The position numbers and the translations under genes were made by a program. A stretch of 64,000 nt of DNA from assembly GCA_044223005.1 (NCBI GenBank), contig JBGAML010000004.1:128001-192000 (forward strand), in the 5' to 3' direction. Positions 60,701 to 64,000 of the stretch are shown piece after piece. Every line of letters starts with the position of its first letter. The stretch's first letter is position 1. The stretch is from Candidatus Eiseniibacteriota bacterium. GTDB taxonomy: Bacteria; Eisenbacteria; RBG-16-71-46. The notes beneath the pieces were generated by a model. That model saw only the letters and a list, made by a program, of their open reading frames with translations, did no database searches and was not told the origin of the DNA.

Positions 60701-61237
60701 GAGCAACGGCACCGCGGGCGTGCAGAGGCCGATGATCCCGACGCGCACGCCGTTGGGGAGCAGCTTGACCAGCGTGCCGGGGAACGCGGGCGAGCCGTCG
60801 GCGCGTGTCACGTTGGCGGCGAGGATCGGGAACTTCGCGGCGGTGCGGGTGCTCTCGAGCGCCGCGGGCCCGAAGTCGAACTCGTGGTTGCCGAGCGCCA
60901 TGGCGTCGTAACCCATGGCGTTCATGGCCAGCGTCACGGGCTCGGGCGCGCCGGCCGGCTCCTGGTGCCACACCGAGACGAGCGGGCTGCCCGCGGTCGC
61001 GTCGCCGTCGTCGAGCAGCAGCACGGGCGGGCCCTCGGCGCGAACCTTCGCGACGAGCGTCGCGGCCTTCGCGAGGCCGCGTGCGGCGGGTTTGCCGAGC
61101 AGGTCGTCCCACGGCAGCAGCGAGCCGTGCACGTCGGTGGTGTGGAGCAGCGTGACGCGGGTCTCCTCGGCGCCGGCGGGACGGACGGCGAGGACGAGCG
61201 GCAGGAGCAGGAGCGCGGTGAGCGCGAGACGACGCAT
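57749..61237 (-). CDS. Tandem 2',3'-cyclic phosphodiesterase/5'-nucleotidase
   Basis: Signal peptide; two metallophosphoesterase modules (TTDVHG/GNHEFD/GHTH and TTDFHG/GNHDFD/GHSH), each with a 5'-nucleotidase C-domain. Confidence 0.92.
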   Translation of the reverse strand: MRRLALTALLLLPLVLAVRPAGAEETRVTLLHTTDVHGSLLPWDDLLGKPAARGLAKAATLVAKVRAEGPPVLLLDDGDATAGSPLVSVWHQEPAGAPEPVTLAMNAMGYDAMALGNHEFDFGPAALESTRTAAKFPILAANVTRADGSPAFPGTLVKLLPNGVRVGIIGLCTPAVPLLADPAQIAGYMFLSPIEVAQREVARLRGAEHCDVIVVLAHTGFEKDPRTGELRKGDAPGEDFGWRLANEVRGVDVVILGHTHVVVPYAEIGGALVTQAGKSAESLGRVDLTLTRASDAAPWTVATKRATVIALGDTVATDPALAAALAPYAARTKAALDVTVATAGSDLAAPAGRLADNALWQLIHRAQLAATGADVSLAAMFDPSQVIAAGPVRVRDLMRLYPYDNTLVTVRLTGAELKEALEQSARFLAPYTGEDGKSLIEPGMPGFNFDMAMGVTYKIDPTKPVGQRILALKRYDRTGPPYWYEVLPSDTFRVVVNGYRAAGGGDFEMIRRAPRVGHASVTAPQALLAYARSQKQLQGTVQFTWSLRPDWIASPERPLIERLVRNHVIDPMFFDEEGWDKAANRRDLGYWNYMAFPHSKLSPLARRDDAVLVTVGEALAACERTARAEKLAITTRSGADPAFRRSLLTGTSVGADPSARLTRAQWLGMLANLRLPVIRVLETTDFHGAILGGAKDRRSGRAFGSTPALAAWIEHFRAENPEGTVLIDGGDIFQGTMISNLQYGRPVVEQMNLLHYTAAAIGNHDFDWTVDTLQARVHGMRFAALGANIVERKSGKRPWWVRSDTSVARRGVKVSILGLGYPGTPRVTLPTNVAHLRFEDDSATTALAVPRLRKAGANVVVVVGHIPAETDSSRRARGDVARLANGIAGVDAWFGGHSHNVVDDRIHDAPVMIAGANGQWLAMADLTVDVTKRAVVERKQRIMQVWADEYPLDTTWVARVRGWNANVAPIAAEVIGRNAEPLRRGRPEATIGDFICDAMRFQSGADIAMQNPGGMRADLPAGEITRGAIYEIMPFDNTIVVVTLTGAEVKRGLEQALKYERVTQVSGIRYAFDSSRAPMDRVTSLTMADGSPIDPAKTYKVAVNNFMATGGDNYDVLNKGAGGRDDAGLIIRGAMEAYVRDRCKGGAALTIREDGRITQSGR

Positions 61238-61449
61238 CGTGGGAGGACCTCCGGGAATCGGGCGCGACCTCGGGGTACGGGCGCGTGGGGTGGAGCGGAC
61301 CGGGGACGGTATCAGCCGCCGGGGCGGGCTGCCACAGTTCGCGCTCCGGCCGGGGCGGGCGGCCGTCGGGTGGGATTGCGGGCGGGCGAGGGCCCCCCGT
61401 ATAGTCCGGTGTCGGGCCCGCACGCACGAGTTCACGAGGTCGAGACCCC

Positions 61450-62277
61450 ATGACGGACCAGATCCGCTGTCCCAGCTGTACGCACCTGAACGCTGCGGAC
61501 GCGTCGTACTGCACCGAGTGCAACTTCCCGCTCCACGACGCGCCTCCCGCGCCCGGGGCGGCTCCCGCGCCTGCGGAAGCGGCCCCCGCAGCCCGGCCCG
61601 ACGCGCAACCGCCGGCGTTCGATCCGTCGATCCGCCGCGTGCGGCCGATCCGGCCGCGGCGCCCCGGCGCCGCCGCGAATCCGCTCCAACTCCAGCTCTG
61701 GCTGGTGCTGGGTGGCATGGCGATCGTGATGACGATCCTCTGGGTCGCGTGGCAGGGTTTCCAGAAGAACAACCAGCCCACGCCCGTCGAGGGGGCGAGC
61801 GACACACAACAAAAGGACGCCGACCTCGCGCGCGCCGAGCTCAAGCGCGACTCGACCAACGTCAATGCGCAGATCGCGCTCGCGAACGTGCTCTACGACA
61901 CCGCCAACTGGACCGAGGCGATCGTGCACTACCGTTCGGCGCTGCGTCTCGATCCCCAGCGCGTGAGCACGATCGTCGACCTGGGCGTCTGCTACTACAA
62001 CCTCTCGGCGACGGCGCCGGCGGAATCGCTCTTCCGCGCCGCACTCGAGCTCGACCCGCGCCAGCCGGTGGCGCTTTTCAACCTCGGCATCGTCTCGGAG
62101 AACCGCGGCGAACTGGAGCAGGCGCTGCAGTTCTACCACCGCGCCATGCAGGGCGGCCCGCCGCAGGGCATGGGCGAGGCTCTGAACGCCGCGATCCAGC
62201 GCGTCATGCAGAAGACGAACAAGAAGGCGCCTGCGATCCCGCCCGGACAGGGCCCCGGAGGCGCGAGCGGGTTCTGA
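61450..62277 (+). CDS. Zinc-ribbon/TM/TPR protein
   Basis: CPSC...CTEC, TM helix, TPR repeats. Confidence 0.85.
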   Translation: MTDQIRCPSCTHLNAADASYCTECNFPLHDAPPAPGAAPAPAEAAPAARPDAQPPAFDPSIRRVRPIRPRRPGAAANPLQLQLWLVLGGMAIVMTILWVAWQGFQKNNQPTPVEGASDTQQKDADLARAELKRDSTNVNAQIALANVLYDTANWTEAIVHYRSALRLDPQRVSTIVDLGVCYYNLSATAPAESLFRAALELDPRQPVALFNLGIVSENRGELEQALQFYHRAMQGGPPQGMGEALNAAIQRVMQKTNKKAPAIPPGQGPGGASGF

Positions 62278-62336
62278 CGCGCGAGGCACGAACATCACGC
62301 GGGGCGGTCGCCGACGGCGGCCGCCCCGCGGTGCGT

Positions 62337-62993
62337 TCAGGCGAGCAGGCCCATGTTCGTGAGCGCCGCGCGCGTCGCGAGGCTGCAGGCGCCCTGCGGA
62401 TCGCGCGCGCACGCGCCGACCAGCGCGGCGACGTCGCCGGGCGCGTCCACGTCGGCGAGCGTGCGCAGCATCGCGACGCGCAGCTTCGCGGCGGCCGCCT
62501 GGCGCTGCGTCGCCGCGAGCACGTCCGCGGTGCTCCACGGCACGTCGCGGAAGAGCGTTGGCTGCGCTCGCGTGAGCCCGACCAGCCAGTAGCCGCCGTC
62601 GACGGCGGGGCCGAGCACGAGGTCGGCGTGCTCCAGCGCGTCGAACGCCGCGTCGAGGTCCGCCGCGCGCAACCCGGGTGCATCCGAGCCCACGACCACC
62701 GCGCGCGTCGCACCGCCGGCGAAGGCCCGGGCGAACGCGTCCTCGAGCCGTGCGCCGAGGTCTCCGGCCGCCTGAGCGATCGCCGTGAATCGCTTCGGCG
62801 GTCCGGGCGCGCCCTCGGTCTCGCTCCACGCGATCACGCGCTCGTCGGCGCGGCTGCCGGCCGCGGCGGCGAGCGTGTCGACGAGCAGGCCGGCGTACAG
62901 CGCGGCCGCGAGACGGGCGGGCAACGCGGGGACGAGGCGCGTCTTGACGCGCCCCGCCACGGGCGGGCGGGCGAAGATCGTGAGCGAGTGCAT
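62337..62993 (-). CDS. DUF2064/TIGR04282-family glycosyltransferase-like protein
   Basis: IFARPPVAGRVKTRL, GDLGARL, GSDAP, LGPAVDGGYWLVG, DVD. Confidence 0.88.
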   Translation of the reverse strand: MHSLTIFARPPVAGRVKTRLVPALPARLAAALYAGLLVDTLAAAAGSRADERVIAWSETEGAPGPPKRFTAIAQAAGDLGARLEDAFARAFAGGATRAVVVGSDAPGLRAADLDAAFDALEHADLVLGPAVDGGYWLVGLTRAQPTLFRDVPWSTADVLAATQRQAAAAKLRVAMLRTLADVDAPGDVAALVGACARDPQGACSLATRAALTNMGLLA

Positions 62994-63187
62994 GCGTGTG
63001 GGAGGCCGGCCGAACGGCCGTCGCCCCACGATATCGGCCCGCGCGGCGATTGTCATGACGGGCACTTCGCCGCCGACGGACCTTCGGCCGGTTGCGCGCG
63101 GGGCGAACCGACCCTAGCTTCCCCGGCATCGGATCCTCCATGCCGCCGGTCCGGCGGCCTCCACCCGCCTTCGCGAGAGCCATTTCC

Positions 63188-64000
63188 ATGTCGAATCCGC
63201 ACTACCAGGTCGTCGTCGTCGGCACCGGCCCCGGGGGCTACGTCGCCGCGATCCGTGCCGCGCAACTCGGGCTCCAGACCGCCGTGATCGAGAAGGACGA
63301 GATCGGCGGCACCTGCCTCAACTGGGGCTGCATCCCGACCAAGGCCTGGGTCGTCACCGCGCACCTGTACGAACAGATCAAGCGCGCGAAGGAGTTCGGC
63401 ATCGAGGTCGGCGAGCCGAAGATCGTCTGGCCGTCGCTCGTCGAGCGGAAGAACAAGATCGTCAAGCAGCTCACGGGCGGCGTGAAGCAGCTGCTGACCG
63501 GCCGCGGGGTCGCGATCCACATGGGCGCGGCGACGCTGCGCGACGCGCACCGCATCACGATCGCGGGCGCCGGCGGCGCGACGCAGGAGATCACGACCGA
63601 CAACATCGTGCTCGCGACGGGCGCCTCGGCGTGGATGCCGCCGGGCTGGTCGCTGGACGGCGAGCGCGTGATCGGCAGCAAGGAGGCGCTCGACCTCACG
63701 CACCAGCCGAAGCGCATCGCGATCCTGGGCGGCGGCGTCGTGGGCTCGGAGTTCGCGTGCTTCTTCGCGGCGATCGGCACGCAGGTGACGCTGATCGAGA
63801 TGCTGCCGCGGCTGGTGATGGCCGAGGACGAGGAGATCTCGCAGGCGCTCGAGCGCGAGATGAAGAAGCAGAAGATCGCGCTGCACCTCGGCACCAAGGT
63901 CGAGGACCGCAAGGACAACCCCGACGGCTCGATCACGCTGACCCTCGCGGGCGGCAAGACGGTCGACGTCGACACGGTGCTCGTGGCGACGGGCCGCCGG
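63188..64000 (+). CDS. lpdA: Dihydrolipoyl dehydrogenase (partial)
   Basis: VVGTGPGGYVAAIRAAQLG, GGTCLNWGCIPTK; open to the window end. Confidence 0.95.
   Translation, partial: MSNPHYQVVVVGTGPGGYVAAIRAAQLGLQTAVIEKDEIGGTCLNWGCIPTKAWVVTAHLYEQIKRAKEFGIEVGEPKIVWPSLVERKNKIVKQLTGGVKQLLTGRGVAIHMGAATLRDAHRITIAGAGGATQEITTDNIVLATGASAWMPPGWSLDGERVIGSKEALDLTHQPKRIAILGGGVVGSEFACFFAAIGTQVTLIEMLPRLVMAEDEEISQALEREMKKQKIALHLGTKVEDRKDNPDGSITLTLAGGKTVDVDTVLVATGRR

Overview
GC-rich bacterial DNA in two parts. Positions 1 to ~31.1 kb are part of a temperate tailed prophage, mostly on the minus strand. It carries tail genes, tape measure, tail tube, a protease-capsid fusion, head-spike genes, a lambda-type portal, GpA terminase, a replication region and early accessory genes (CsrA, ParB, Acb2/Tad1-like). 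It ends at the 3' end of an initiator tRNA-Met (31150-31226). Positions 31.5-64 kb are host genes (ftsB, eno, ECF sigma/anti-sigma, NtrY/X-like pair, rlmN, ppx, TPR-GAF-sigma54 activator, PorV-like, lpxH, degP, amidase, tandem 5'-nucleotidase, lpdA). The main finding is a prophage RAMP/Cas7-like gene (20166-20801) with a partner gene, followed by a 109-nt array of GGY-NN pentamers in two 49-nt units. The variable dinucleotides of unit 2 match the host enolase gene at 33153-33179 in 17 of 18 positions when every third (wobble) base is skipped. This suggests an RNA-guided system with a gapped code whose target lies in this window. Also notable: the gpW-portal cassette is inverted between 8-bp inverted repeats, the tail chaperone has a -1 frameshift, and a sigma54 promoter precedes a candidate ncRNA. 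All family calls come from motif recognition by eye, not database searches.
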